64,000 nucleotides of DNA from Nitrospinaceae bacterium (GCA_965223665.1 OZ245011.1:1920001-1984000), one strand, 5' to 3'; shown: positions 31,831-42,351, counted from the stretch's first letter. The notes: a model not told the origin generated them from the letters alone. Numbers and translations: made by a program.

Positions 31831-33135
31831 ATGAGATTACAAAGTTTAATTAAATTGGTTATTACATTAGCCATTTTGCTTTACTTTTGGATTCCCGCCT
31901 CATATGCAAAAGAGAATTCAGAATCTTCGACTTGGTATATAAAAGGTAAGGATGACCTTCCCAAGATTAACTTTTACTTTTTTTGGTCAAGGGAATGTCC
32001 GCATTGTAAAAATGCGCGCCCTTTCGTTAAAAAATTAAACTCTGAGTTTTCCTGGATTCAGGTTTTTTCCCATGACGTAAGCACCCTGTCTGAAAACTCA
32101 AAAATTTTTGAAAAATTAGCAAAAGAACTTGGAGCAACAACGGTTGCTGTCCCTGCATTTTTCTTTTGTGAGAAAATGCATCTAGGATTCACATCCGAAG
32201 CCTCTACCGGCAAAATGTTAAAAGAGCAATTGCAGCATTGCTATAAAGAATTGTTAATCTCAAAACAAACTTCAACGACTCCAAATAAAATACTTGAAAA
32301 GAATGGGAAAATTCATATTCCATTATGGGGAGAATTAGAACCCTCTTCAGTTTCGTTACCCTTCTTTACCTTAATCTTAGCCGGTGTGGATGCATTTAAT
32401 CCTTGCGCATTTTTCGTTTTGTTATTTTTGCTCAGTATTCTTGTACATACGAAAGATCGCAAACGAATGATTATTATTGGTGGGATTTTTGTGTTTTTTT
32501 CCGGATTAATCTACTTTTTGTTTATGGCGGCGTGGTTAAATTTATTTTTACTTTTGGGGGAAATTCGTTGGGTAACTCTTGTGGCAGGCATATTTGCAGT
32601 GATTTTTTCTTTAATAAATATAAAAGATTTTTTCTGGTTTAAAAAAGGAGTTTCTTTGTCAATTCCCGAAAGCGCTAAACCAGGTTTGTTTCAGCGAATG
32701 CGCAACCTGACTTTTTCTTCAAATCTCCCCTCACTAATGATTGGGGCTATCCTATTAGCTTTAGCAGCTAATTCCTATGAACTGATTTGCACCTCAGGTT
32801 TCCCCATGATTTTCACAAGGGTGCTTACGCTTAGCAATCTTTCAGTTGAAAAATATTATTTTTATTTGGCTTTTTATAATATTGTTTATGTTATTCCGTT
32901 AATGATTATAGTATTTATTTTTGTTGTTACTTTAGGTTCGAGAAAATTAACTGAAAGGGAAGGAAGAATATCAAAGTTAATTTCAGGATTAATGATGTTG
33001 TCTCTTGGATTACTTTTAATAATTAATCCATCGTTATTAAATAATTTATTTGCGGCGATAGGCCTGTTGTTTTTTGCTTTGGTTCTTACCTTTATAATTG
33101 TCAAAATCATGAAGTTCAGGAACGAATCATTTTGA
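31831..33135 (+). CDS. Glutaredoxin/thioredoxin-like domain fused to a CcdA/DsbD-like membrane domain
   Basis: CPHC motif, VPAFF cis-Pro loop, DAFNPCAF and ELICT membrane cysteines, several TM helices. Confidence 0.8.
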   Translation: MRLQSLIKLVITLAILLYFWIPASYAKENSESSTWYIKGKDDLPKINFYFFWSRECPHCKNARPFVKKLNSEFSWIQVFSHDVSTLSENSKIFEKLAKELGATTVAVPAFFFCEKMHLGFTSEASTGKMLKEQLQHCYKELLISKQTSTTPNKILEKNGKIHIPLWGELEPSSVSLPFFTLILAGVDAFNPCAFFVLLFLLSILVHTKDRKRMIIIGGIFVFFSGLIYFLFMAAWLNLFLLLGEIRWVTLVAGIFAVIFSLINIKDFFWFKKGVSLSIPESAKPGLFQRMRNLTFSSNLPSLMIGAILLALAANSYELICTSGFPMIFTRVLTLSNLSVEKYYFYLAFYNIVYVIPLMIIVFIFVVTLGSRKLTEREGRISKLISGLMMLSLGLLLIINPSLLNNLFAAIGLLFFALVLTFIIVKIMKFRNESF

Positions 33136-33247
33136 AATATTTAAAGAGCAACTGACCCAACCCCGGAGTTGAGTCCACTTTTACGAACGCATGTTTGACA
33201 GGTGGGTGTATTCCTGTTTCGGCACTTTGCCCCTGTCTCCAAATAAC

Positions 33248-33871
33248 TTAAGGAGTGGGATTCAGTTTTGAACTGTGAAAAGCATCAATCAATTCATTGT
33301 AACCTTCCCGAGTAGTTGCGTTGGCATTAACATTCATCAATTGATCGCCCACCACCCCGAAATAAAAGGATTGGTGAAATAAGATTTTTCGTTTTTTTGG
33401 AGTTTGATAAATAAGAAATTCAAACGCCTCAAAATTTACTGACCCGATTTGTTGTTGATATTTTCTCTTTTCAAAGTTCACATTTTGGTGGGTAAATGTT
33501 TGTTCAATCATGTCCTCATTACGTTGGGTAAACTCTACCAGGTTTCCATCGTATTCAGGATCGTAATCTTGAAGGGAAGAAGCAAACAGATTAAATTTAT
33601 CTTTTTTCAGGTTAAGAAGTAACTCATAAGAAGGAATCCTGATCTTTTGATCATTGGCCGTTTCCATCATTTCTATTCCTGTTTTGGACAGCTTTTTTAC
33701 CTCACTGGCTGAGTTTGTTTTCCAACCCGGAGGAAGCGTCATTTCCCACCCAATTCCACTATGGGTGTACACTCCGCTTTCAATCTTCGACTCATTAAGC
33801 CAATCGCACCCCGAATAAAGGAAAATAAAGAATAAAAGTAAAAATGTAAAACCCTTTTTAAACGATAACAT
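33248..33871 (-). CDS. Hypothetical lipoprotein, tandem paralog 1 of 3
   Basis: Start MLSFKKG after AAGGAG; LYSGC lipobox; homologous to the next two genes. Confidence 0.75.
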   Translation of the reverse strand: MLSFKKGFTFLLLFFIFLYSGCDWLNESKIESGVYTHSGIGWEMTLPPGWKTNSASEVKKLSKTGIEMMETANDQKIRIPSYELLLNLKKDKFNLFASSLQDYDPEYDGNLVEFTQRNEDMIEQTFTHQNVNFEKRKYQQQIGSVNFEAFEFLIYQTPKKRKILFHQSFYFGVVGDQLMNVNANATTREGYNELIDAFHSSKLNPTP

Positions 33872-34159
33872 TGGAATCTTCTCCTTCGGTCCAGGGTCCA
33901 CCCTTCCCCGAGTCTGGAGCATTACAGCAAATAGCGTTGGAGATGAATGGATTCTTATTAGAAGGGGCTTAATAAAAAAGGGTAACGGAATCAGGTGTGT
34001 TTTTCATTATTTAAAAAATAAAATTTTGTATCGAGGCCAAATTCAATGTGAGAAATTTACCTGAAATGACAATCACCTGACTTTGACCGGAAATATTTTC
34101 GACGCTCTCTTTGGAAGTGTCTCTATATATAGAACAAACTCGACTTTTGGGGAAAGTCT

Positions 34160-34786
34160 TTAAGGAGTGGGATTCAGTTTCGAGTTGTAGAAAGCATTCA
34201 TCAATGCATCATAGTTTGCTGGAGAGTTCGCGTTTATGTTCACACTCATCATTCGGTTCCCGGCCTGGCCAAAAAAATATGATTGATATAAAATAACCGA
34301 TTCCTTGCTGGGGCTTCGATAAAGGATAAACTCGAAAACTTCAAAATTCACCGCTCCAATTTGTTTTTGAAAACTTTTCTTGTCAAAGGTTATTCCCTTG
34401 TGGGTGAACGTTCGGGAAATCATGTCTGCATTCGTCTTGGTAAAATTCTTGAGTGCGTCATCTTTGCTCAGGTCAAAGTCCTGAACTGTAGAAACAAATT
34501 GGTTCAGTTGATCTTTTTTGAAAATAAGAAGAATCTCATAAGGCAACACTTTGACCTCACCTTCGTGCGCATCTTCCATATCCTTTTTTCCTGCGTCTAT
34601 TAACTTTTTAATGTCCTCGGTTTTACTCACTTGCCATCCCTGGGGAATTGTCATCTCCCAACCTAATTTTTCATGGGAATACGCATTATTGGCAACAGCG
34701 GTCTCACTTGCCAGAGTGGATACCGGGGCGATAATTAACAATACAAGTATGACTAATAAAGTGAATGACTTTTTAATCGATATCAT
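34160..34786 (-). CDS. Secreted hypothetical protein, tandem paralog 2 of 3
   Basis: GWEMTIP.GW, YEILL..KKD, YQSYFFG, NSKLNP shared with neighbours. Confidence 0.78.
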   Translation of the reverse strand: MISIKKSFTLLVILVLLIIAPVSTLASETAVANNAYSHEKLGWEMTIPQGWQVSKTEDIKKLIDAGKKDMEDAHEGEVKVLPYEILLIFKKDQLNQFVSTVQDFDLSKDDALKNFTKTNADMISRTFTHKGITFDKKSFQKQIGAVNFEVFEFILYRSPSKESVILYQSYFFGQAGNRMMSVNINANSPANYDALMNAFYNSKLNPTP

Positions 34787-34956
34787 GGGTGAGGTCTCCT
34801 ATGATCCTGGGTCAAACTTTTCTAAAGTTCAGGTCGGGTTAACGTCCAGTGCACAGAGCCTGGAATTCTTTATAAAGTAGCACATAAAAAAAGAGTAACG
34901 CAATCATAAGAATTTATCACTCTTAAAAAAGCGAATCGCAACTCAAAGTAATATTT

Positions 34957-35580
34957 TTATTGAGGTGGATTCAGCCGGGAATTGTAGAAGGCATTGAGAA
35001 GGGCATTATAGTTCGCCTGAGTTTTTGCGTTGGCGTTCACTACCATCAACTGTTCTCCTATTTGACCAAAGAAAAGGGACTGATATAAAATCACTTGTTC
35101 CTTTTTCTCAGACAAATACAGAATAAATTCAAACGCCGCAAACTCCACCTCCCCAACTTTCTTTTCAAAACTTCTCTTATCAAAGCTATATTTTTTGTGA
35201 GCAAAGGTCTTTGCCATTATATTTTGATTTTGTCTGGCATAGTCTTTATGAGATCCCACATTTTCTGTGTCAATCTTCTGAATAGTGGAAACAAACTGAT
35301 TGAGCAAATCCATTTTAAAATTGAGAATAATTTCGTAAGGAGGGAATTCGACTTGTTGTTGATGAGCCTCCTCAATATCTTTTTTCCCTTTCTCCGCAAA
35401 CGCCTTGATATCTTCAGACCGAGTCACCTTCCATCCTGGGGGAATGGTTATCTGCCATCCAATTCTTTCGTTGGTATAAACCCCGTTATCAATCCCCGTT
35501 CCTTTGGCCATCGCCGAGAAGGGCAAAAGGAACAATATCATTATGAAGCTTATAACAAATCGCTTTTTAATCGAGTGCAT
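34957..35580 (-). CDS. Secreted hypothetical protein, tandem paralog 3 of 3
   Basis: Same motifs as neighbours; signal peptide ending AMA. Confidence 0.78.
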   Translation of the reverse strand: MHSIKKRFVISFIMILFLLPFSAMAKGTGIDNGVYTNERIGWQITIPPGWKVTRSEDIKAFAEKGKKDIEEAHQQQVEFPPYEIILNFKMDLLNQFVSTIQKIDTENVGSHKDYARQNQNIMAKTFAHKKYSFDKRSFEKKVGEVEFAAFEFILYLSEKKEQVILYQSLFFGQIGEQLMVVNANAKTQANYNALLNAFYNSRLNPPQ

Positions 35581-35770
35581 GGGTGGATTCTCCTTTGGCC
35601 CAAGGGCCTTGCTTTCCTAAATAATCAGGTACCACGTGACTCATGCGTCGACGGTGATCGGAAAACTTTTCTCCCTCTTTGGATTGAGTCGCTACACCGT
35701 TCACCTTCCACGGTTTGCACATCAAACACCCCGCCCGCTGATTTTTAGATTTTTTTCGTTTGTGATGCAT
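35567..35770 (-). CDS. Small basic protein with CxxC (RAGCLMCKPWK)
   Basis: 67 aa; overlaps the next start by 14 nt; weak RBS. Confidence 0.55.
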   Translation of the reverse strand: MHHKRKKSKNQRAGCLMCKPWKVNGVATQSKEGEKFSDHRRRMSHVVPDYLGKQGPWAKGESTHALD

Positions 35771-35961
35771 AGATCTCTTTTCAGGAAATAATCACTCAGT
35801 TTTGCGCAGTAAAAAGATTATCGTAAATTCATCCTTTTTTCATCTATTATATATAGAAGAAACTCCCTTGTTGGAACGAATGGGCTTAGGTCATTGATTC
35901 TATTTGACGGATTTTTTACTAGGATAAAGGCTCATTCTATATATTTCCTTTAAAGTCGCCC

Positions 35962-36708
35962 ATGAAGCATATTAAAAACTCAATTTCATTGAAAATTCTG
36001 ACAGTTCTCCTCCTCCTGGGATTTTTCTTTGGGTGCACTTCCACACCAACAACTCAGGAAGAGAAAACAACCAATGCTTCGAAAGGCCCCAAAGAAAAAG
36101 AAATTTATATCCCGAAAGATTTAGAAGACGCGCATCGAGAATTGGAAAAATTATTTCCTAAGGTAGAACTGGAAAAGATTAAAGCTTCCGAAGATGAGAG
36201 CGTAATGAACCCATACCATTTAGGATTTGGCACCTGGCTGCGAAATAACTGGGGACTTTGGAATGGTTCCAGGTTAAGAGACTATTTTAATGAAATGGGG
36301 ATATATCATCCGGAGGATATGTCAGGAATTCTTTTTGATACGTTCTGGCGCAAATTGCATAATCAACCGCTGCAACTTGAAGAACAAGTTCAACTCTACA
36401 AAGGGTTTTGGAGAAAACGCAGTAAACCAGATGCTAAAAGCCCTAAAGATGGAGCTGAAATTATCTGGTTTACTCTTCACACCTACCCAAATACAGATCG
36501 GGAAGATCCCTTATACATTTTTAAACAAGGAGTCGTTTTATACGGTGTCAGTACTTCAGACAAATCGATTTGGCGGTATGACCACGACTCCGGAAAAGGA
36601 ATCGAACCCGCTACTGCAGAAGACAAAGAGATCATTAGAGAACAATACCGAGATTGCATAAACTGTAACCTTGAAGAAATTGGCCTGTCTCCTACAGAGG
36701 GAAAATAA
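35962..36708 (+). CDS. Lipoprotein, DUF6794-like
   Basis: FFGC lipobox; GTWLRNNWGLW..SRL..YF...GIYHPEDMS motif. Confidence 0.7.
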   Translation: MKHIKNSISLKILTVLLLLGFFFGCTSTPTTQEEKTTNASKGPKEKEIYIPKDLEDAHRELEKLFPKVELEKIKASEDESVMNPYHLGFGTWLRNNWGLWNGSRLRDYFNEMGIYHPEDMSGILFDTFWRKLHNQPLQLEEQVQLYKGFWRKRSKPDAKSPKDGAEIIWFTLHTYPNTDREDPLYIFKQGVVLYGVSTSDKSIWRYDHDSGKGIEPATAEDKEIIREQYRDCINCNLEEIGLSPTEGK

Positions 36709-36821
36709 AACTCGCTTTCTTTAATTTACCCCGAATATACCCCCATCCGAATTTGACAATTTTGTCTATAAATAATATTGTTTTGAATCACACCATATTT
36801 TTCAAAATCAAGGAGAAGATC

Positions 36822-37844
36822 ATGAAGAAATCTCTAATCATTCCAGCACTTACAGGTTTTTTATTGTTCCTCGGCACTTCCAGTTACGCGATCACGGACA
36901 CTTTCATGAATCCGGAGGACAGTTACGTCCGCCAGTCTTCACCGTCCACCAATTACGGATCGGAGACCACCTTAATCGCCGATGGAGTCAATCAAGATCC
37001 CGATAATGGAACTTTTGGGGAAGTCGCGACTTTAATTAAATGGGACGTTTCCTCTATCCCCTCGAATGCGACGATAGTTTCCGCGGCAATTACCCTGGAA
37101 CTTTTTAATGCCAGTACAGGAACCTATTCCGTGCGCCAGCAAAATGGGAGCTGGGCAGAAGGGACCGTTTCCTGGAATGATTTATCCACTACAGCCACCC
37201 CTTTGGGAACGATTCCGGTTTTAAAAAATGGTTTAACGATTATTCCTCTTAATAGCGACGGTTTAAATATGATTCAAGGTTGGGTGGATGGCTCTATTGA
37301 TAATGATGGAATTGCCATTCGAACCGATGGAACCAATGACGGTATTCTTATCTACTCCAAAGAATCTTCAAATGTAAAACCCAAACTGGAAATCAACTAT
37401 TCTGTAGGGGAAACTCAATTCATTTCTCTGGATCAGTTAGATAGAGGGCCAGGCACAAATTTTATCATAGAGATTCCTGTTAACATTCCTCACGGATCTG
37501 TTTTCCAGGGGATGACTTATTACTACACTAGCTTTGAACCGGACCCTGTCCGTGAAAACCATGAAACTTATGTCGTTCTTTATAAAAGGGACCTTGGTGA
37601 AGAGTTGGACAGTAATTTCCCGGATTTTACCTTTATAGAAATAGGTAGAATCATAGCCACACAAGAAACCGGAAACAGCCTTGTCTCAACCTCTTTATCG
37701 GAACCTGTGGATAATGCGAATTTCAAATATTTGGTAAAAGTATTCGGATTGGAACCCGGAGGGGACCCCAATAATCGATTTGATCAAGATCCTCCCGTTA
37801 CCACCACTAAAGGAATCGTAATTGAATACACCCCACCCAATTAG
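36822..37844 (+). CDS. Secreted DNRLRE/CBM96-like protein, paralog 7 (divergent tip type C)
   Basis: Start ATG 36822 after AAGGAG; PVNIPHG...KGIVIEY retained. Confidence 0.8.
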   Translation: MKKSLIIPALTGFLLFLGTSSYAITDTFMNPEDSYVRQSSPSTNYGSETTLIADGVNQDPDNGTFGEVATLIKWDVSSIPSNATIVSAAITLELFNASTGTYSVRQQNGSWAEGTVSWNDLSTTATPLGTIPVLKNGLTIIPLNSDGLNMIQGWVDGSIDNDGIAIRTDGTNDGILIYSKESSNVKPKLEINYSVGETQFISLDQLDRGPGTNFIIEIPVNIPHGSVFQGMTYYYTSFEPDPVRENHETYVVLYKRDLGEELDSNFPDFTFIEIGRIIATQETGNSLVSTSLSEPVDNANFKYLVKVFGLEPGGDPNNRFDQDPPVTTTKGIVIEYTPPN

Positions 37845-37864
37845 TTGTTTAGATATCTATAATT

Positions 37865-37892
37865 ACCCCCGAGGACTTTTGGCCTCGGGGGT
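37865..37892 (+). terminator. Probable intrinsic terminator
   Basis: ACCCCCGAGG-N8-CCTCGGGGGT hairpin. Confidence 0.7.
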
Positions 37893-38292
37893 TATATTTA
37901 GTTTTAAATAAAAACTAACTTAAAATATCCATCCTTCTTTCGCTCCTGTTATTTCCCCCATTTCTAGAAGACCTGATTGACCCTCAACCACCCTGACCCA
38001 AAGACCAGCAGAATATTCGACACCCTTAAATATTTTGTCTAAGTTAAAAATTAGAAAATTAAGGGGTTTTTGTCGAGATTTTTGCGGATTTTTGAGAGTT
38101 TTTTGAATAATTTTTTTCCTGAAATCGACGAAATCTAAAATTTATCCTTATTTTTCAAATATTTATAATAATTAAAAAAATTATAAAAATATCTAGATTT
38201 TTTGTTGACAAATTTCAATAATTGTCTAATATTATACCTAGACAGTTTGTTAAGTTTTTTATCACTTTTAATTCATCTCAAGGAGATTCAAA

Positions 38293-38979
38293 ATGAAAAC
38301 CACAACAAAAATTATCCAAACTTTGACAGCCGTTTCCGCATCTTTAATTCTTTCTACTGGCCTCGCTGCGGCTCATGGCTCTCACGACCATTCCAAACTT
38401 CCTTTGAAATGGAAATTCTCCAAAAAAGTCGAATCTAAAATCCAAAAACGTGGTGGACTTCAAGATAGCGGTTACTACATTGGATTGACTTCTCACAAAC
38501 AAAAAGTTTTAGAAAAATATGGAATCAAGGACGGAAACATTTTTTCTACGGAAATTAATGGAGTGAATGCTTATGTCAAACGTACCTCCGCCGGTATTCA
38601 AATCGTTGACAGTGGAATCACCAATATCGACGCCAAAATGGTATTGCCGATTCGTCCGAAAAATGGAATCTCTTTAGTTTCTACCGCGGCGATGAATCAT
38701 CCTGGCCACGATCACTCCGTTGTGAATTATGAATGGTCTTTTGCTCCTGATACGCAAAATCGTATTGCCAAACGTTTGGGTAACCAGGCTGCCGTTTATG
38801 TGGGTCTCACTCATTTTGAACAAGCCCTGTTGAACGATTACAACATAAAAGTCGGCAACAAGTTTCATACTGTGATCCATGGCGACACGATGATCGCAGA
38901 ACGCACCAGTGGTGGGTTGAAAGTGATGACCGAACCCAGTGAAGTGGCGCAACTGAATGCTGACAATGGCGCAATGTAA
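38293..38979 (+). CDS. Secreted protein with two His-rich repeats (HxxHDHS...WxF)
   Basis: Signal peptide; internal duplication HGSHDHS/HPGHDHS, Y.GLT, RTS.G. Confidence 0.8.
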   Translation: MKTTTKIIQTLTAVSASLILSTGLAAAHGSHDHSKLPLKWKFSKKVESKIQKRGGLQDSGYYIGLTSHKQKVLEKYGIKDGNIFSTEINGVNAYVKRTSAGIQIVDSGITNIDAKMVLPIRPKNGISLVSTAAMNHPGHDHSVVNYEWSFAPDTQNRIAKRLGNQAAVYVGLTHFEQALLNDYNIKVGNKFHTVIHGDTMIAERTSGGLKVMTEPSEVAQLNADNGAM

Positions 38980-39012
38980 TAAGGCAACTGACGAGTCAAC
39001 TTTTAACTGGAA

Positions 39013-39933
39013 ATGATCATGCTAACCAAAACGACACAAATGAACGATCAGCTGCTCACCATCGGGGAACTGGCAAAAAGAACTGGCATCACCACACACA
39101 CGCTCCGCAAGTGGGAAAAACGATACCAGGCCCCGAAGTCGATCCGCCTTCCTTCCGGACACCGGCGTTACCGTCCTGAAGAGGCGGATCGACTGAAAGC
39201 CGTAGCCAAGGCGTTGGAACTGGGTTTTCGGGCTGGAAGAATTGCGGGCGGTACTTTGGATGAGCTGAAGGAACTGATGGGGTTGGAAAAGTCCATCCAG
39301 GTACCGTCTCAGGCAAAACTGTCTGAGAGTTCACACATTGTTAAAAATTGGTTGCAGTGGGTCAAAGATTTCGATGAAGAACCGCTGGTTAGAGATATGC
39401 ATTGTCAATGGGGACGTCTCGGTCCGTTACGTTTCGTGACCGACCTGGCAGCGCCATGGGTAATGCAGATTGGGGAACATTGGCAACATGGGCATCTTAC
39501 AGTAGCGCATGAACATTTTGCCACCTCACTGCTCAGCGACTTTTTATCAAATCGGTGGCGTGGACTGAACGAACATAAGGAAGGACAACGTACGGCTCTG
39601 CTCACCACGCTGCCGGGAGAGAAACATATTTTAGGACTGCTGATGTGCGCGGTGGTCACGGCGGTGACTCACTGGAAAGTCATCTTCCTGGGACTGGACA
39701 CTCCGGAAGAAGAAATCGTTACCACCATGCGCAACTGTAATGCCGAGGTCTTATGCGTCAGTGTGACTGGTTGGTTTGGCGTTTCCCGAGCCCGACCGAT
39801 CTTGTGGCGCATTCGTAAACAGTTGAGCAAGGGCGTCGATATCTTTGTCGGGGGCAGTGGTGCTCCTGAGGATATCAAGGGCGTGCATAAAGTGGAAGAT
39901 TTTAACCAGTATCATAAATTTTTAACTCAATAG
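39013..39933 (+). CDS. carH: MerR-family cobalamin-binding regulator (CarH/LitR-like photoreceptor)
   Basis: MerR HTH (TLRKWEKRY, GHRRY); W-x9-EH (WQHGHLTVAHEH) and ExHxxG (GEKHILG) B12 motifs; FVGG. Exact start uncertain. Confidence 0.85.
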   Translation: MIMLTKTTQMNDQLLTIGELAKRTGITTHTLRKWEKRYQAPKSIRLPSGHRRYRPEEADRLKAVAKALELGFRAGRIAGGTLDELKELMGLEKSIQVPSQAKLSESSHIVKNWLQWVKDFDEEPLVRDMHCQWGRLGPLRFVTDLAAPWVMQIGEHWQHGHLTVAHEHFATSLLSDFLSNRWRGLNEHKEGQRTALLTTLPGEKHILGLLMCAVVTAVTHWKVIFLGLDTPEEEIVTTMRNCNAEVLCVSVTGWFGVSRARPILWRIRKQLSKGVDIFVGGSGAPEDIKGVHKVEDFNQYHKFLTQ

Positions 39934-39967
39934 AAAGATAACCATTCCAATTTAAGGAGAGAGGACC

Positions 39968-40168
39968 GTGGACTATCAAGTAACTATTTTTAAAACAAAG
40001 GAAGATCTGTTTCCCCAAATGGAGAATGGCAAAATCGAAACTAGTTACTCTCCTCTAAACTGGAATGATTTTTCAACTTATGAATCCGGGGAATCGGTAT
40101 CTCAAAATGAACCATTAAATACACAATATCCCCTGATAAAATTTATTTCAAAACTGAGGAGGCGGTAA
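39968..40168 (+). CDS. Small hypothetical protein
   Basis: GTG start after AAGGAG/GAGGA; stop overlaps the next ATG (TAATG). Confidence 0.55.
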   Translation: MDYQVTIFKTKEDLFPQMENGKIETSYSPLNWNDFSTYESGESVSQNEPLNTQYPLIKFISKLRRR

Positions 40169-40332
40169 TGTTTTACGATGTGAAAATTTTTAATGCAAAG
40201 GGTAAACTTAAAAAAACCATCACGAGAGAACAATTAAGCCAAAGACACTGGCAGTTTTTTGAGAAACAACATACATTAAGAAAGAGAATTAAAAATCTTC
40301 TCCCAAATATGCCTGCACCCGTAGATGTGTAG
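40168..40332 (+). CDS. Small hypothetical protein (54 aa), absent from the ORF track
   Basis: MFYDVKIFNAKGKLKKTITREQLSQRHWQFFEKQ...; GAGGAGG RBS; coupled to the upstream stop. Confidence 0.7.
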   Translation: MFYDVKIFNAKGKLKKTITREQLSQRHWQFFEKQHTLRKRIKNLLPNMPAPVDV

Positions 40333-40382
40333 GAATTCAGGGTGTTTACTATTTTTAAAGCAGACTATCAAGGAGTGAAGTC

Positions 40383-40643
40383 ATGAGAACTATAATCCTG
40401 TTAATATCATTAGTCCTATTGGTGGGTTGTAATACGACCCCCGTCCAACAACAATTTGAACGAATAGAAGGCCCTACGGCTCGATCCCATAATTCATTGG
40501 TCATGGACCGAGCTATATGCATAGCGGAACATAATAATCAAGTAGCCATTTTCAGCGATTGTATGAAATTTCGAGGATGGAAAATGCTGGATCCTGTAGC
40601 CGTTTCCGGTGAAATAGATTCCTATGACCCGGGCATTCAATAG
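40383..40643 (+). CDS. Small lipoprotein
   Basis: LVGC lipobox; C...DCM..RGW motif; AAGGAG RBS. Confidence 0.7.
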   Translation: MRTIILLISLVLLVGCNTTPVQQQFERIEGPTARSHNSLVMDRAICIAEHNNQVAIFSDCMKFRGWKMLDPVAVSGEIDSYDPGIQ

Positions 40644-40774
40644 GGATTAGGTTATTTTACGGTTTAATCAATCTACCCTATACTTTGGGGAGCCATGTGG
40701 ATCTGAATCCCCCTCAAAAAATTCAGTTTCTTAACGTGGCTCCCCTTCTGTATTTGAAATTATAAGATAAAGAC

Positions 40775-41728
40775 ATGAAGCAAAAAATCAAAATTGGGGT
40801 CAGTAGCTGTCTGATTGGAGAAAAAGTCAGGTGGAATGGGGATCATAAGCAGAACCATTATGTCCGGGAAGTATTGGGCCATTATTTTGAATACGTCCCG
40901 GTTTGTCCGGAGGTGGAAGTGGGAATGGGAACTCCCCGAGAAACTGTGGCTCTTTATGGACCGCGGGAAAACCCCAAAATGATCAGCCGGAAAAGTCATA
41001 TCGATTGGACTTCACCAATGCGACACTACATTAAAAATCGAATTCCTGAATTAAACAAGGAGGATCTTTGCGGATACATTTTTAAAAGCAAATCTCCCTC
41101 CTGTGGTTTAGCTAGAATTCCCGTCTACTCGGATTTTACCCACCAGAAAGCCAGGCATGGGGCCGGTTTGTTCGCCGATGCCTTTAAAACAAAATATCCC
41201 TGGGTTCCCACGGAAGACGAAGGTCGGTTAAACGATTTCAAAATTCGAGAAAATTTTCTGGTCCGCGTGTTTTGCTTTCACAGATGGCAGCGTTTATTAA
41301 AGGAAGGATTTTCCATAAAGACACTCGTGGACTTTCACACTCGTCACAAATTTTTACTTTTGTCTCATAGTCGAAAATATTATGACGCTCTGGGGAAACT
41401 GGTGGCAAACGCAAAGTCTTTTAAAAAGCGTGAACTCCAGGATCAATACGTCAGTTTATTTATGGAAGCTCTCACGTATAAATCCACTCCCAAAAAAAAT
41501 ACCGATGTGCTGCTTCATATGCTGGGCTTCTTCAAGAAACAACTGCAAAAAAATGAAAAAGAAAATATTTTGAAGGTCATAGAAGATTACCGAAACGAAC
41601 TCATCCCTTTAATTGTTCCCGTTTCCTTAATGCGTCACATGGTAACCATTCACAATATTAAATATTTGCAGGACCAGGTTTATCTAAACCCACATCCGAA
41701 AGAACTTATGTTACGAAATCATGTTTAA
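40775..41728 (+). CDS. DUF523 + DUF1722 (YbgA-like) protein
   Basis: IGVSSCLIG, VCPEVEVGMGTPR, KSKSPSCG, EDEGRL, FHTRHK, YL.DQVYLNPHP.EL.LRNHV. Confidence 0.92.
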   Translation: MKQKIKIGVSSCLIGEKVRWNGDHKQNHYVREVLGHYFEYVPVCPEVEVGMGTPRETVALYGPRENPKMISRKSHIDWTSPMRHYIKNRIPELNKEDLCGYIFKSKSPSCGLARIPVYSDFTHQKARHGAGLFADAFKTKYPWVPTEDEGRLNDFKIRENFLVRVFCFHRWQRLLKEGFSIKTLVDFHTRHKFLLLSHSRKYYDALGKLVANAKSFKKRELQDQYVSLFMEALTYKSTPKKNTDVLLHMLGFFKKQLQKNEKENILKVIEDYRNELIPLIVPVSLMRHMVTIHNIKYLQDQVYLNPHPKELMLRNHV

Positions 41729-41994
41729 AGCTTTTAAACAACCTTTTTCTAATGCGCCAGGAATTTGAAAACAGGTTCATAAATTAGATTGGATTTAAAA
41801 AATGAAAATTTCCGAAGCGATTTCATTTGCACTGAAATCGAATTCATAACCTTCTTCAACAAAAAAAAGAAAACCCAAAACGTGAGTTTTAGGTTTTCTC
41901 ATTTACCCGGCGGGGTTCTTTAATCTAGAATTATCCTGTTTGCCTTGAGGAAAGTTTATGGAATCTTAGAAACTCAAGGTGAAGCATGGGGGAA

Positions 41995-42186
41995 TTAATC
42001 ACTACAAGAAAAACAAAGTGGCCGCTGATCCGAACAACCCGAACCATAGGGTGTAATGCCACCGAACTCTGAGGGAACGGTAGCCGTGTGCTTATCAGGT
42101 TTTACTGATTTTTCTTGAATGCTCCACTGAAAAAAATTGGAGCGGGTGTGGGGGTTTAAATTTTTGTCATAGTTTCTTTCGATCAT
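41995..42186 (-). CDS. Putative RiPP precursor P1 (63 aa)
   Basis: FQWSIQE leader motif; C-terminal PYGSGCSDQRPLCFSCSD; GAGGA RBS. Confidence 0.8.
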   Translation of the reverse strand: MIERNYDKNLNPHTRSNFFQWSIQEKSVKPDKHTATVPSEFGGITPYGSGCSDQRPLCFSCSD

Positions 42187-42322
42187 AGAGTTTCCTCAAG
42201 AAAAGGGATGGAGAAATAAAATTTTTGAATGTCTTCATAATTTCATTTCCTAGTTTGAGAAAGGTGATGAGCATCACCGTTTCTATGAGAGCCAAAATCA
42301 AATTAACAGAGCCCTCTCTTCA

Positions 42323-42351
42323 AAGTTAAGGGCATGAAAGCATTAGGTCAA
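42323..42351 (-). promoter_or_regulatory. Sigma70-like promoter for precursor P1
   Basis: Minus strand TTGACC-N17-TAACTT. Confidence 0.55.

Noticed and set aside
35095-35748. 217-aa plus-strand ORF
   Set aside because: Antisense to a member of a clear three-gene paralog array
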